DNA from: Styela clava
Taxonomy: Eukaryota
Reading direction: 5' to 3'
Assembly (NCBI RefSeq): GCF_964204865.1
Contig: NC_135262.1
Coordinates: 15,128,001-15,192,000, forward strand
Length of the DNA stretch: 64,000 nucleotides
In this document: piece by piece, positions 9,419 to 21,959 of the stretch
Numbering within the stretch: position 1 is the first letter of the stretch
How the letters are laid out: the number at the start of each line of letters is the position of its first letter
Notes under the pieces: model-generated
What the model was told of the DNA's origin: nothing
The model's database searches: none
What the model saw: the letters and a program-made list of their open reading frames with translations, nothing else
Translations under genes and position numbers: made by a program

Positions 9419-11502
9419 GTATCCAGTTAGTAACATTTATTCGTGCCATATTTTACTTTGGATTCAATCCAAATTTCTTCAGATTCAAGCTGAATAAAAA
9501 TCCTCTATCATTTTGCCTGTACCGGTACCCCGTTTGCAAAGAAATGACCATGCATCGAATTGATGGATGCTTTGGAGACCCTTGACCTCTAAATATTGCC
9601 AGGGTCCGGTCATTCTGAAAAATATATTTTAACCCTTTCGTTCATGACTTTTTCGCTTACAACGAAAAAATAATTTTTGTATTGGAATGAAGTATTTACG
9701 ATGTCAATATCATATATACTGAAAATGATGACGTATTGATCATCGTGTTCTTTGACGTTGTTCCGGAACAACATCATAAGAGGAAGGTGGACGAAATGGA
9801 CTATATGTTCCTGAGTCCCGAAAAAACGCTCTAGTTTACAGTTTATGTAAAAACATTTCAGACCAATTATTTCTCTTTTCCGATGATAAATGATTGCTAT
9901 ACTTGTCCACACAGCGAGCAAAATCCGCTTCTACAGATTTTTTTTATGGATAGAAAATGTCCAAATATATTTATATCGCTAGATTGAGATATATTGGGTA
10001 GTCTGGATAAGATGGAGACATTGATGACGATTGTCGTACTAGTTCTTTTATAGATAAAGGTGGCGATTTTGCAATAAGAGACTCAAATGTACACCGATTC
10101 TTTTAATGATTACCCGCACTAGCACGCAGTTCAAAATCGATGCATGGACGACAGCATATCAAAAAATCTACACCTCCGGTGTTCGCTATACTCTCCAAAC
10201 ATCGTCTATGTAATTATTTTCAGATACTGATCTTTCCTGTGACACACATATATATATACAGTATATATGTGTGTTAAACTGGGCTCATGTGAAACTATTA
10301 GATATACGCGCCAATATACGAATTCTTCTCTTAGGTGCCTCACAGATTTATCACAATTCCAGAAACATTTGTTTGCAATTAGAGCAGGGCATTTTTAAAT
10401 ACCTATATAGTGGTTTCAGAGTTGAATCGAATATTTTTCGGATCAAATATCGAATACTTAGAAAGATTGGTAATGGAATGCGACTTTTTTTTTATTGCAT
10501 TACCTAAAACCAACTCCCAAAACATACACTTCAGCATTCAGACAGTTGGTTTTGTGTTCACACAGAATACGAAACATGTTTCATCAATAAATCACTCGCA
10601 ATGACCGACCTATATCTTCAGTGAACAAAAAAATATGGTGTCTGAACGATTCCAAAAATTTACTATTTGATTTAAAATGCGCAACCGTATTCCAATTTCG
10701 CAAAGTTAAAAATCAAGTGCATAGCACGATTTATCATCCCTTTAATATATATTTTAATTCAACTTGGAGTGTTCTGCAAGATGAGACTTTAAATTATCAT
10801 CAAAAGCAGCTGTAAAATAGCGGATTGGGAAGGGTCATTTCTAAAGTTGCGTGTAACATATAACCAGGAGAGTGTCTAGGTGGGGGCAATAGGGGCAGCC
10901 GCCACGGGAGGCACGATTTATAGGAGAGTTTGTTGCTTAGTTAGATGATTTAAATAATATTAATAATACAAATATTTCGGCCTTAATTGATCATGGATTG
11001 ATTCATACTCATTTATAACAACATCTACAAGTTGTTTATCTTTCTCATTATTTTTGAAGTTAGATATGAGGGGCATTACAATGATAAACTCGCTACGTGT
11101 AGCAAAAAAAATTGGCAGGTCCCTGCATGTAACGCAAGATTTTCTCTCTGGCGCATTCGAATTCCAGCATGTATTTTGGTATAATGTTTCCAATACCTTT
11201 TTAATTCCAAGCAGTAAGTGGGTAAATGGATGTAGGCCTGTTGTTTCTGCAATTCAGTTGTTTAAATAAACTGCTGTAGGCAATCCTCTATGAATTGTAC
11301 GACCTCTTAGCGGAATACCGAAAATAAAATATTTCCCCAAATTTTATACTGCTAAATATTGCCATCCCATAATACATGATGTTGTTTTTCAACAACATTT
11401 ACACATAAGGCAACTACTCAATTGCCAAAGCAATGCAAAGCAAACGATTCCATCAATGTTCCAAAACTATAGGTACCAACCACAGCCATTTTTTTATGTT
11501 CA

Positions 11503-12011
11503 TCAATAATTAGTTTTTCGTACGAAATTTTGTCTTCAAACATGCTCAATTTCCTATCTGCATTGAAATTTTGTTTAACCTACTTGTTTCTAAACAATCT
11601 TAAACTATGGAGGTTCACAAAATGCGCGTGCTACATGTTGTAGTCAGCGAACGCGCAGTTTGATGGGTTAGTGGGTAAGTGGGACAACCAATCACAACAA
11701 ATGTATTTGTTGTTGACGAACAACAAAACTAACGAAAGGGTTAACTATGAAAACAAAACTTTAAATTCATCGTTCAAAAAAATACAAGAGCTATGTTCAA
11801 TATCACGCATTGGTGACGGTTGAGGCGTTAGTTGTCTAACTCGCTGATTGTGGAATATTCGGGCCCGTATGATAATCAATAATTCAATAATTAGTTTTTC
11901 GAAAGAAATTTTGTCTTCAAACATGCTCAATTTCCTATCTGCATTGAAATTTTTTTTTAACCTACTTGTTTCTAAACAATCTTAAACTATGGAGGTTCAC
12001 AAAATGCGCGT
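11503..12011 (+). repeat. ~127-bp direct repeat pair (11503-11629 and 11884-12011)
   Basis: Near-identical copies of TCAATAATTAGTTTTTCG...CACAAAATGCGCGT. Confidence 0.85.
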
Positions 12012-12039
12012 TCATGTTTTTCTTCTCTTTCGTCATGAT

Positions 12040-12215
12040 AAAATGGATTTTCTCTTTGAATACTGGACCAATTGCTTTGAAATTTTCAGTGGTTAAAGAT
12101 TGATTTTTCTCGCCAGAAGGTTATTACTTTTACTTATTTCAAAAACTTTTGTAGACTTCAAAAATTCGTTTTTTAGGTGTAAATAAAAAATAGCGACACC
12201 TTGTGACGTGTAGGC
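12040..12215. mobile_element. fragment of the HINE/DINE-1-like repeat family
   Basis: Reverse complement of the family core TTTCAAAGCAATTGGTCCAGTATTC.AAGAGAAAA, also seen at 25470 and 26533. Confidence 0.6.
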
Positions 12216-12639
12216 CCACATATATATATATATATTTTTTTAATTCTAGTTTGTATAAACCTTAAAGTATTGCCATGATTTTTTTTTTGATCAGTGTCTC
12301 ACATTTTATAATTGATTTGAAAGGTGTTACCCGATTTTGCATCGTGTCTTTATTTTATTATGTTCATTTGACTGCTTTTGGTGGACGGGCACGTAGCCTA
12401 CTTGTACGTTTTTAACTTTTTATTAAGTTAAGCCCGTCTTCCAGATCCTCTGCATTTTGTTTATCCGTTTATTGTTGTTTTGTTTCTTTTAGAGTGACCA
12501 AAATAAAAATGATTGATTGATATTATGTATATGAGAAATATGGGTTAGTATTTAGTGGTATTCTTACGCTCATGCTATTGCACTTATCTGCAATTGAAAC
12601 TGCTCATCAAACTGATGTTGGAGAACTTCATTGAGTTTT

Positions 12640-12950
12640 TCAACTCATTTTTTTTAATTATGAAGATTTTTTGAGGTTAACGAGGCAATGGAGAGATTAT
12701 GAAGAATGTTGATGTTACCAAGGCTATGATTCACTGAAGAAGCATGTTCTGAAGGCAAATTATCAGGCAGGACTTCATCACGGTTGCCTAGAACCAAGGC
12801 CAAATATTCTCCCACCTATTGACCATGGATGGTGTTTTGCGGAGTGAATTGATGGATCTATTTCCAGCCCCCAAATCAGTTTTTGAAACTGCAAGTGTGC
12901 CAAAACAACCTAAATTGCAAATTGATTTTTGTATCTACTGCCACACTACA
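12640..12950 (+). pseudogene. decayed C-terminal fragment of a DNA-transposon protein (probably AcademX-type, Cys-rich end)
   Basis: Reads YDSLKKHVLKANYQAGLHHGCLEPRPNILPPIDHGW...MDLFPAPKSV, resembling the DSLxxHxxRANYQA...PxPxxHGW...PAPxxVL motif. Frameshifted. Family assignment is from memory. Confidence 0.45.
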
Positions 12951-14293
12951 TTTATAGAGAAAAAGTCGATATTCGAGCATGGGGATTTCGGAAGTAATTC
13001 AGAGGAAAATTATTAAATATTGAGGTTAATTTAATAAATATTATTTATTATTTTTTTTTCAGACATCTGTCAGTGTCGAAGGTCCTATTTCTATAAATAA
13101 TATTGCCTTTGTTTCAAATACACAACCACCAAAACTAAAAAAAAATATGTTATGTAGGCCTACATACTGTATTCATTTTGATTTTCTGGACTTTTCCGGT
13201 ATGTTTCTCTGAGAATAACCGATTTATTTGTGGTTGTGTGCTCACGATGTTAATTTGTTACCTCATTGTTTAACAATAAATACGTTTGATACCTTCTATT
13301 AAATAAATGCACCTTCTTATGCTGTTCTTTGTTATAAACTGCTTGTCTGAGGAAGTCTGATTTTGGTCAGACAAAACGTTACAGAAATACATTTGTGTTA
13401 GTGTGCAGTATGGCTCTTGAACTGCATAGTTTTATGCTGAGTTGTTGTAAACCAATTGATTTTCTGGGAACCCCCTTATATTCAATTTTGCATCAGGATT
13501 GTGGAACAAGCGGCACTGCCTTCAGTATGTTCATTTTCAAACAAAACTAAAGAATTTATTTAGTTACCAGATTGGCGCTACGAAATTTATTTTCTGGGCG
13601 TTTTTCAAAGCCTCGTCTCACGGATTTACAAGTGTTTATTAACTCACTTATACTTTTTAACACCGTCATATTATAACTTAACTAAAAAAGACGATGGAAT
13701 GGCTACAAATTGAAATTCATCCGCCCGCGAACAGCTGATCAAATTTTAGTTGATACGTCACACAGAAGTTTGCGTTCATTGGCCAATGTTGCCGGAAAAG
13801 TAGATTCAGATATTTATTTCGTCATGCAAGAATCAATAAATCAAAAGAAAAACATAGCAAACTAAAAAACGGGAAACATCGATTCATAGCAGTTGACGTG
13901 GGATCGCGAAAGACTCAGTGAGTCATCCAGTCAGCGATACCACATGCTGTAATATAGCAGCAAATATAGCAATGAAGCAATCTGATAAAAATAACTATAA
14001 ATTACACAATCATGGGAAAACAACACAACAATGAATTTGAAATAAATTAGACAACAGGAACAACCATTATGATTCATCCAGAATATATAGCTTATCAGCG
14101 ACATTTGGTGGTTCATATACGCATCACTGAATACAAAACAACAACAAAACAGTACGCAGCGTGCCAAGCAACGGAGTAGTTACCGGTACCTAGAAATAAG
14201 TTTTTACTAAAGTAGACGACTTCACCGGCACAAAAACGGAGTACCGTTAGGCAGTATGCAAATTACAAGTGAAAAGTGGGACATGACATGACA

Positions 14294-14527
14294 TGTCATG
14301 ATAAGTGATCATGTTAGGTCAAAGGTCAAAGATGACCTTCACGCTAGTGATGTTCTCTGTAGACATGCCGTGTACTGGTGTATTCTGTGTTTGTGTTGGG
14401 CTGTGTTGGTTGTATGTTAATCTGACTGTTTCTGTTGACTGAGGAGTCATCCGTAATAAATGCTTGCTGAATAATATATGAAGCCTCTTATATATGCCTT
14501 ATGTGTTTGGCTAGACAACACATGACA
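14294..14527 (+). repeat. 5' LTR (234 bp)
   Basis: Direct repeat of 18669-18905, with AATAAA at 14455-14460. Confidence 0.95.
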
Positions 14528-14541
14528 TGGTGTCAGAAGTG
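14528..14541 (+). other. primer binding site complementary to the tRNA-Leu 3' end
   Basis: TGGTGTCAGAAGTG immediately after the 5' LTR. Confidence 0.8.
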
Positions 14542-14690
14542 AAAAGTTCTCAGAAAGCCGAGAAAATCTAACGTTGCACAGCGTCAGATTTGACAGGACA
14601 TTTTTACATTCACGTTTATTGTGCTTCGCCAACACAAGATTGTGTTATTGAGATGAAGTAAAAAGCTTCCCTGATAAATAACTGTTCAAC

Positions 14691-17600
14691 ATGGATCATT
14701 TCAATGCACCTGGTAATCTTGATATTCACCAAGGTAATTTAGCTGAAAACAGGCGACGATTTAAGCAGAGTTTTGACATATATTTGATTGCTGCAGAGAA
14801 GGACAACAAACCTGATGCTGCTAAAGTTGCCATGTTATTAAATTTTGCTGGTGAAGATGCTTTGGAACTATATGAAAATTTTACCTATGCTGAAGATGAT
14901 GATAAACAGAACCTGAATAAAGTGGTTGAACAATTTGAAAACTATTTAAATCCACAAAAAAATATATTGTTTGAAAGATTTGAATTCTGGGAATACAAGC
15001 AAGAAAAGACTGAAACTGTTGATGAATATGCAAAAAGATTGAGAACACAAGTCAAACAATGCTAATTTGTAGCACCACAGAATATGGTGAGAGATAAATT
15101 TGTGCTTGGTTTAAGTGACAATTCTGTCAAAGAAAGATTGTTGAGAGAAAAAGATCCAACAATCACGAAAGCTCTTGAAATAGCACGCACAATAGTAACT
15201 TCAAGAAAGCAAATCGATCCAATGAAAAATACTTCGAATGCATGCGATACAAATATGTTCAAGAAAGAAGAAAATTCAGAGATCAACAATCTGCAGAAAT
15301 CAAGAAATATAAAAAAGCAGACACAGAAGTCATGATCTTATGGAACATGTCAGTACTGTGGAAGATTTCATGCTCCAAGATCATGTCCAGCATTTGGCAA
15401 AAGATGCAACTATTGCAAGAAAATAGGACATTTTGAGTCTGTATGCAGACTCAAGTCAAGGAGGCCTGGTCGAAATAAAGATGTTGGTACCTTACAAAGA
15501 CATGCAAAGGCTGACAGAGATGATAATAGTGAAGACAGAACACCAACATTGTACTGCCTGAATGATGTAAATTCATTAAATAATAAAGATAGTTGGCATG
15601 TTGATGTCAAAATTCTAGACAAATCAGTCAATTTCAAAATTGACACTGGTGCTGATTGCAATGTTATATCTGAGAAAATTTTTTATGAGTTGAAAGTCAA
15701 AAATTTGAAAATACATCCTACAAGCATAATATTGAAAATGTTTGATGGCAGAAAAATCAAACCTAAATGTAAAATATGTGTACCTTGTGAACACAAAGGC
15801 TTCACAAAACATATTGATATAATGATAGTCAAACATGATGTACCATCAGTACTTGGTTTGAATGCATGTATAAGTTCGAATCTTATAAAGAGAATTGATA
15901 ATTTACAAAATTGTAATAAGGTTGAAGATGCATTCTCTGATATTTTGATGGCCTGGGAGTCATTGACAATTTTGTTCATAAAATTCAGCTTAAAACTGAT
16001 GTAAAACCCATAATAAATCCACCTCGCAGAGTACCTGTTGCTCTAAGAGAGTTGCTCAAAGCTGAATTGAATCGTTTGGAAGATTTGAATGTTATTGAAA
16101 AAATTACTGAACCTACAGAATGGGTCAATAGTCTAGTAATTGTAAAAAAGAAGAATAATGCTTTACGAATTTGCCTTGATCCTTTGCATTTGATTCGTGC
16201 TATAAAACGGGAACATTTTCCAATGCAAACTATTGAAGATATTATGACTAGAATGTCTAATGCCAAATATTTTTCTGTACTTGATGCTAATCATGGTTTC
16301 TGGCAAATTAAGTTAGATGATGACAGTGCAAAATTATGCACATTTAACACAATTTTTGGGAGATATTTTTTCAAACGACTACCCATGGGTATTTCTAGTT
16401 CTAGTGAAGTTTTTCAGAGAATTATGACCCAAATATTTGCAAATATTGAAGGTGTTGAAGTAATTATTGATGATATACTAGTGTGGGGCAGTACACTAGA
16501 GGAACATGACCAACGGTTGTCTATTGTTCTTGAAAATTTCAGACAAAGCAATTTGAAATTGAATCGTGATAAATGTAAATTTCGTTTGACTGAAGTTAGT
16601 TACAATGGTCATTTACTTACTTCTGAGGGTATAAAGCCAGATCCCAAAAAACTGAAAGCTATTTCTGCCATGCCTATCCCTTGTAATGTGAAAGAATTGC
16701 AATGTTTTTTGGGTAAGTGTACTTATTTGTCGAAATTTATGAAAAATCTGTCCAATGGTGCTTCACCTTTAAGACAATTGTTAGAAAAAGATATTGAATG
16801 GTTCTGGGGTCCTGAGAAAAACAGTGCTTTTGAGAAATTGAAATATGCTATTTCTAATGCTCCTGTGCTAAAATATTTCAATGTTAATGAACCTGTGATT
16901 TTATCTGTTGATGCGGGCTCAAAAGGAGTTGGCGCATGTTTAATTCAAAATGGTCGACCAGTGGCATATGCGTCTAAATCGCTTACAGAATGTCAGCAAA
17001 ATTACGCGCAAATCGAAAAAGAAATGTATGCAATTGTTTTTGGATGTGAACGCTTTCATGACTATCTGTTTGGCCAAGTTCACATCACTGTTCAATCAGA
17101 CCATAAGCCACTTGAGACAATATTGAAAAAACCATTACATTGTGCTCCGATGCGTTTACAACGCATGATTCTAAGAATACAATCTTACCCGCTGGATGTT
17201 AAATATAAAGCTGGTAAAGAACTTTATATTGCTGATGCTTTAAGTCGAGCATATGATTCCTCAGAGTATTCATCTGAGAAGGAAGAAGAACTATATGATG
17301 TCAATCTTCTTGAATATGAAGATATGAAAGAATGATTCACAAATGCAATCATTGTATAAAACTGTCCAAAAAGGCTGGCCAGTGAAAAGGTCACAAGTAT
17401 CTCAAGACGTAGTCGAATATTGGAATTATCGAGATGAGATAACGGTCTGTGAGAATTTACTTCTCAAGGAGAGCGTATAATAATTCTAACAAAACTGAGA
17501 CCGAATATATTGAAGAGAGTTCATATTGCTCATTTTGGAATCGAAAAGGCAAAGTCACGAGCAAGAGAATCTGTCTTTTGGCCAAATATCAATGCTGATA

Positions 17601-18550
17601 TAGAAGATTATGTTTCCAAGTGTAAAACATGCTTGAAACATAGAAGAAGTAATCAAAAAGAACCTTTGATTCCACATGAGATTCCAAACATGCCTTGGTC
17701 TACAGTTGCCTCAGAAATATTTTACTACAAAGGAAAAGATTATCTGTTGGTTGTTGACTACTTTTCAAAATATCCAGAAATTGCGAGATTGCAGAACAAG
17801 ACAAGTTATTCTGTAATGTCAGCTATGAAAGAAATCTTTGCTCGTCATGGCATACCTGAAAAAATTGTAGCTGACAATATGCCATTTAACAGTTCAAATT
17901 TTTTGAAATTCTGCAGAGATTGGGAAATACAAATTGTAACTTCAAGTCCAAATTATCCAAGAAGCAATGGTCTTGCTGAGAGATTTGTACAGTCTAACAA
18001 GAATTTGCTGAAAAAGGCTGATGATTCTAATAGAGATATTTATCTGTCGTTACTTGAATTTCGTAATACTCCAATTTCTGATATGTCATATTCACCGTCT
18101 GAATTACTGATGAGCAGGAAGCTAAGGTCGAAAATACCTGTTTCAAAGAAACTTTTGAATCCGAAAGTTGCAAAGAATGTTCACTCTCATTTGCATCAAA
18201 GACGGATGAAACAGAAGAAATTTCATGATAGATCTGCTAGGCAGATGAAAGAATTACAAAATCAAGATGTTGTAAGAATCAGACGTGATGGTGAATGGAT
18301 TTCTGCAATTGTGGTTGGTAAACATAATACACCCAGATCATATTATGTTGAGACTCCTGATGGTTCAAGATATAGAAGGAATCGATATCATCTTTTGAAA
18401 ACAAGAGAAGATATACCTACATATACTGGTCCGATGATTGACTCAACTTATGATTATGAAGAAAATGAGAATGTTCAAGTACCACAAAGACAATTAAGAA
18501 GATCTAGGAGGAATAGAAGAAGACCTCGTCGTTTTATTGAAGAATATTAA
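14691..18550 (+). pseudogene. gag-pol pseudogene in fragments (gag, 2x CCHC, protease, RT, RNase H, integrase)
   Basis: CQYCGRFH..SC/CNYCKKIGHFESVC knuckles (~15348-15446), FKIDTGA protease, IIDDIL RT, VDAGSKGVGA RNase H, HHCC plus IVADN/NGLAER integrase. The first integrase Asp appears as Glu (VASEIF). Stops or frameshifts near 15063, 15330, 15945 and 17335-17500. Confidence 0.93.
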
Positions 18551-18668
18551 TATGCTTATTATTTGATGATTGTCCCTTTAAAACGCTTTCTGTCATGCTT
18601 CATTCTCAACTTTGAATCTAGTTCTGAGTGATGCATGATATGTCTTTAATTTTCATTAACAAGGGGGA

Positions 18669-18905
18669 TGTCATGATAAGTGATCCTGTTAGGTCAAAGG
18701 TCACTGAAGATGACCTTCACGCTAGTGATGTTCTCTGTAGACATGCCGTGTACTGGTGTATTCTGTGTTTGTGTTGGGCTGTGTTGGTTGTATGTTAATC
18801 TGACTGTTTCTGTTGACTGAGGAGTCATCCGTAATAAATGCTTGCTGAATAATATATAAAGCCTCTTATATATGCCTTATGTGTTTGGCTAGACAACACA
18901 TGACA
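18669..18905 (+). repeat. 3' LTR (237 bp)
   Basis: Preceded by the polypurine tract at 18661-18668 and followed by TSD TGACA. Confidence 0.95.
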
Positions 18906-19063
18906 TGACAAGTGAAGAAAATAATAAACAATGAAATATTCACAAGAGAGATATGCGTATGGGAATTAAAATGGATACAGCTGAGCTGTAGAATAACATG
19001 GATCGATGCAGGAGGCAATTTATATTGGAAGCTATGCTAGACACTTCACAGATAACAGTCAAG

Positions 19064-20700
19064 CTACTGGAAACTATAAGCCTCCAGGTATTGGTTTTTC
19101 AATGAATATTTAAAATATTTATAATTTCTGGTCCGAATACTGCCAGGGAGTGAGTTCCATAACTTTACCCCAATAAACTTGATTGAGTGTTGAGTTAGTT
19201 TGGTAGAAAAACGGTTCACAAAATACGAGCACTTGCTAGAGGAACGAGTTCCATATGAGTGAACATAACTCTGTTTCAAAAAATAGTTGGTGAATACAGG
19301 GGGAAGTTTTTTGTTATGATGTTGGTGCATTATTTTTAAGATTTCTATTTTGTGCAAATCGACCATTTTAATTATACGAAGACTGTAGTAAAAAAGAGTT
19401 AAATGGGTGCGAAAACCGACATTGGAAATAGTGCGAATTGCTCGATTCTGGATAATTTTAATGTGATGCAATAAATTTTTATCGGTCGACCCCCACGCAG
19501 CAATACCATACTGAATATGGGACTGAACTAAAGAGAAGTAAATCATGCGTAATGTTGTTAATGATACAAAATGCCGAAGTTTATATAATATCCCAACTGA
19601 TTTAGATAGTTTAACAGCCAGGTTAGAAATTTGAACATCCCACCTCATTTTGTTGTCTAGATATACATCAAGATACTTATAGCTATGGACATTTTCAAGT
19701 TCTACATCATCAATTTGGACTACTAAACCCTGTTGAGCTTTATTTTTGTGTGGTGATATTAACATAGTCTTTGATTTATCAATGTTTATTGTGAGTTTTT
19801 GGCCTTCATCCAATTAGCTACTTTTGCAATTTCAGTGTTCACTTTAACTTGAAGGGCTGCTGGAGATTTGTTGCTGTCTTGGAAAATAATGAAGAAGAAT
19901 GTGATATGTCATTGATGAATACTAAAAATAGAAATGGACCCAAACAGCTACCTTGTGGGACCCCGTGGGTCACTGGTAAGACTGGAGAATAATTTGTTCC
20001 CACTTGAACATACTGTAACCTTCCGCTTAAGTAACTAGAAATGAGTTTATTTGCAAGCCCTCTAACACCATAATGACTCAACTTGTAAATCAGGATATCA
20101 TGGTTAACTGTGTCAAAAGCTTTCTTTAAATCTAAAAAAGTGGCACTAACAAACTCTTTTTTTTCTAGTTTATCATAGATAAATGATATAGTATCTAAAA
20201 TGGCATGAGATGTAGAGTGACTGTTTTGGAAGCCGAATTGAGATTTATTTATGACATCGTATTTTGTAAAAAACTACTAAGTCTTTTATAAATCAAGCGT
20301 TCAAAAATTTTATCTATCGATAAAAGGATTGATATCGGTCTATAATTTGAAACGAGTTTTTTGTTTCCAGATTTAAAGAGAGGAATTACACGAGCAATTT
20401 TCAGAGATGAGGGGAATATGCCGAGTGACAACGAGAAATTGAAGAACTCTGACACGCATGGAGCAATGAGGTCAGCAACATTCTTTAGGAAACGTGCTGT
20501 ATTGTCTGGCCCAACGGCTTTCCTCATCTTGAGGTTCCGAATTTCTACCAGCAATTCATTCGGCGTAGCCAAACTCATAAATATGGACTGACTCACACGG
20601 TTGCGAAGAAAATGTTTGAAGTTACCCGAATCGTTAGAAAACTTCTCTGAGAGGCTGGCCCCAATAGTTGAGAAGTACTCGTTAAATTCACTCGATATCA
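19064..20700 (-). mobile_element. 5'-truncated non-LTR retrotransposon (CR1/L2-group LINE) ORF2 remnant
   Basis: RT motifs KAVGPDN, NYRPISIL, FLDLKKAFDTVNHDIL, GVPQGSCLGPFLFLVFIND and C-terminal HSYGTR. Frameshifted; the ADD motif region is deleted. Confidence 0.9.
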
Positions 20701-21112
20701 AAAAGCCACCCCTGGTGAATATAGGGCAGAGAATATAGGGCAGATTGTAGCGCATATTTCTTGTAGTGAAAGCGTATTTTTTGTAAAACGTGCAACTTTT
20801 GGAAATGATAACAATGTATTATTTGGTACTAAATTTCTTAGGAACATTTTAAAATTATTTCCAGGTAATCCTCAAGTGCGCTACGAAACTCATTTTCTAG
20901 GCGTTTTTCAGGGACTCGTCTGATGGCCTAAGTGGAATTCTTCACGATACACGTATTTTTAAAAAGTAAATTCTGCAGAAATCGTATGGTAATTAGTTTT
21001 GGTGCTAACGTTACGAGTGGTTTCGCGAGGTGGCGCCTAAAAACTGGTTTATATGTTTCAAGCCATCATTATGATTAAAAACAATCAACAACCTATCATA
21101 AGTACTATCAGA

Positions 21113-21460
21113 GGATCAACTGTAGAATCTCCCCTGGAACCGCCTGGGTAGGAAATTCTTCAGTTGGACTCACCTAGGGGGGAGGGGGATCTTCAGTTGG
21201 TCCTAGCTGGGGTGGAGATTCTTCAGTTAATCCCGTTTCCCAATTGAAGAATGTCCCTTCCCACAACCCACCTAAGCCGATAATACCAGTTGATCCTTTA
21301 TTTGAACTAGTAAATACCAGTTGCTCCTTCATTTGACCTGGACTAATTATTTGGTAGGGTTAGAGTTGGTCTTAGTTGGGTGGAGATTCTACAGTTGGTC
21401 TTAGTTGGGGTGGAGATTCTACAGTTGGGTACCCTGGAGGGGAGATTTTTCAGTTGATGC
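21113..21460. mobile_element. MITE with GGATCAACTG TIRs and internal ~30-bp tandem repeats
   Basis: GGATCAACTGTAGAATCTCCCC at the left and GGGGAGATTTTTCAGTTGATGC at the right. Repeated GGAGATTCT(A/T)CAGTTGG units inside. Confidence 0.65.
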
Positions 21461-21567
21461 ACATTAGAAAAGTTCAGCCTAGTTCATCAGAGATATTTCC
21501 AGACTAATTCTCCTAACTAAAAACTGACGAATAGCATTCAAAAAACGCGAAAACGAAGTGATTTTTG

Positions 21568-21786
21568 GGCGCTCCAAAATTATGTGTACGAACATGGAGG
21601 TAACTAATTTTGTTCGCCTACTTTACATCAAGTTGTGTAAATGAACGTAAGACTATAGGCAGGGGGTGTAGTCACTTGGCGAACACAGACTATCCCCGAA
21701 CTCGTGATAGAACTAAAATAAGGAAAATCGGAATAAAATTGTGGCCTAACGCCTAACCTGGTACACATACTACGCGACGGAGAACT
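21568..21786. mobile_element. degenerate member of the MITE family seen at 45926 and 62221
   Basis: Shares CCCGAACTCGT.ATAGAACTAAAATAAGGAAAATCGGAATAAAATT.TGGCC...CCTGGTACACATACTACG. Confidence 0.7.
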
Positions 21787-21959
21787 AGAATTAAATGCCA
21801 AAGCCAGAGGTTAAAATGTGCGACGAATACAAGTTCTGGAACGAGTTCTCAGTCTACTACGCCATCAAAGGCCGTTTCCGAACTGCGGCCGAATTTCGTT
21901 GCAGCAGTTTTCAAAACAACCTTATTTCAATTTTTTTCAGTAGAACTAGTGTTATTTCC

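Larger units (their letters stand above)
14294..18905 (+). mobile_element. Ty3/Gypsy LTR retrotransposon (Mag/SURL-like), full length but disabled
   Basis: LTRs 14294-14527 and 18669-18905 (TGTCATG...CATGACA; 2 substitutions plus one 3-bp indel). 5-bp TSD TGACA. PBS TGGTGTCAGAAGTG. PPT AAGGGGGA. Domain order gag-PR-RT-RH-IN. Confidence 0.97.

Noticed and set aside
9600-11270. Possible decayed gene (short ORFs 9610-11269)
   Set aside because: No motif could be identified with confidence and no consistent exon chain was found. A blastx search would be needed.
14294-18905. Apparent paradox of near-identical LTRs but many ORF lesions
   Set aside because: Three differences over ~470 bp of LTR scale to a few tens of mutations over the 4.1-kb interior, enough to explain the stops and frameshifts. 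Programmed frameshifting or readthrough is not needed.
13575-20935. Similar 60-bp sequences at ~13575 and ~20878 as ends of a composite element enclosing the Gypsy and the LINE
   Set aside because: They are short, diverged, in direct orientation and without a TSD, so more simply two fragments of a dispersed repeat.
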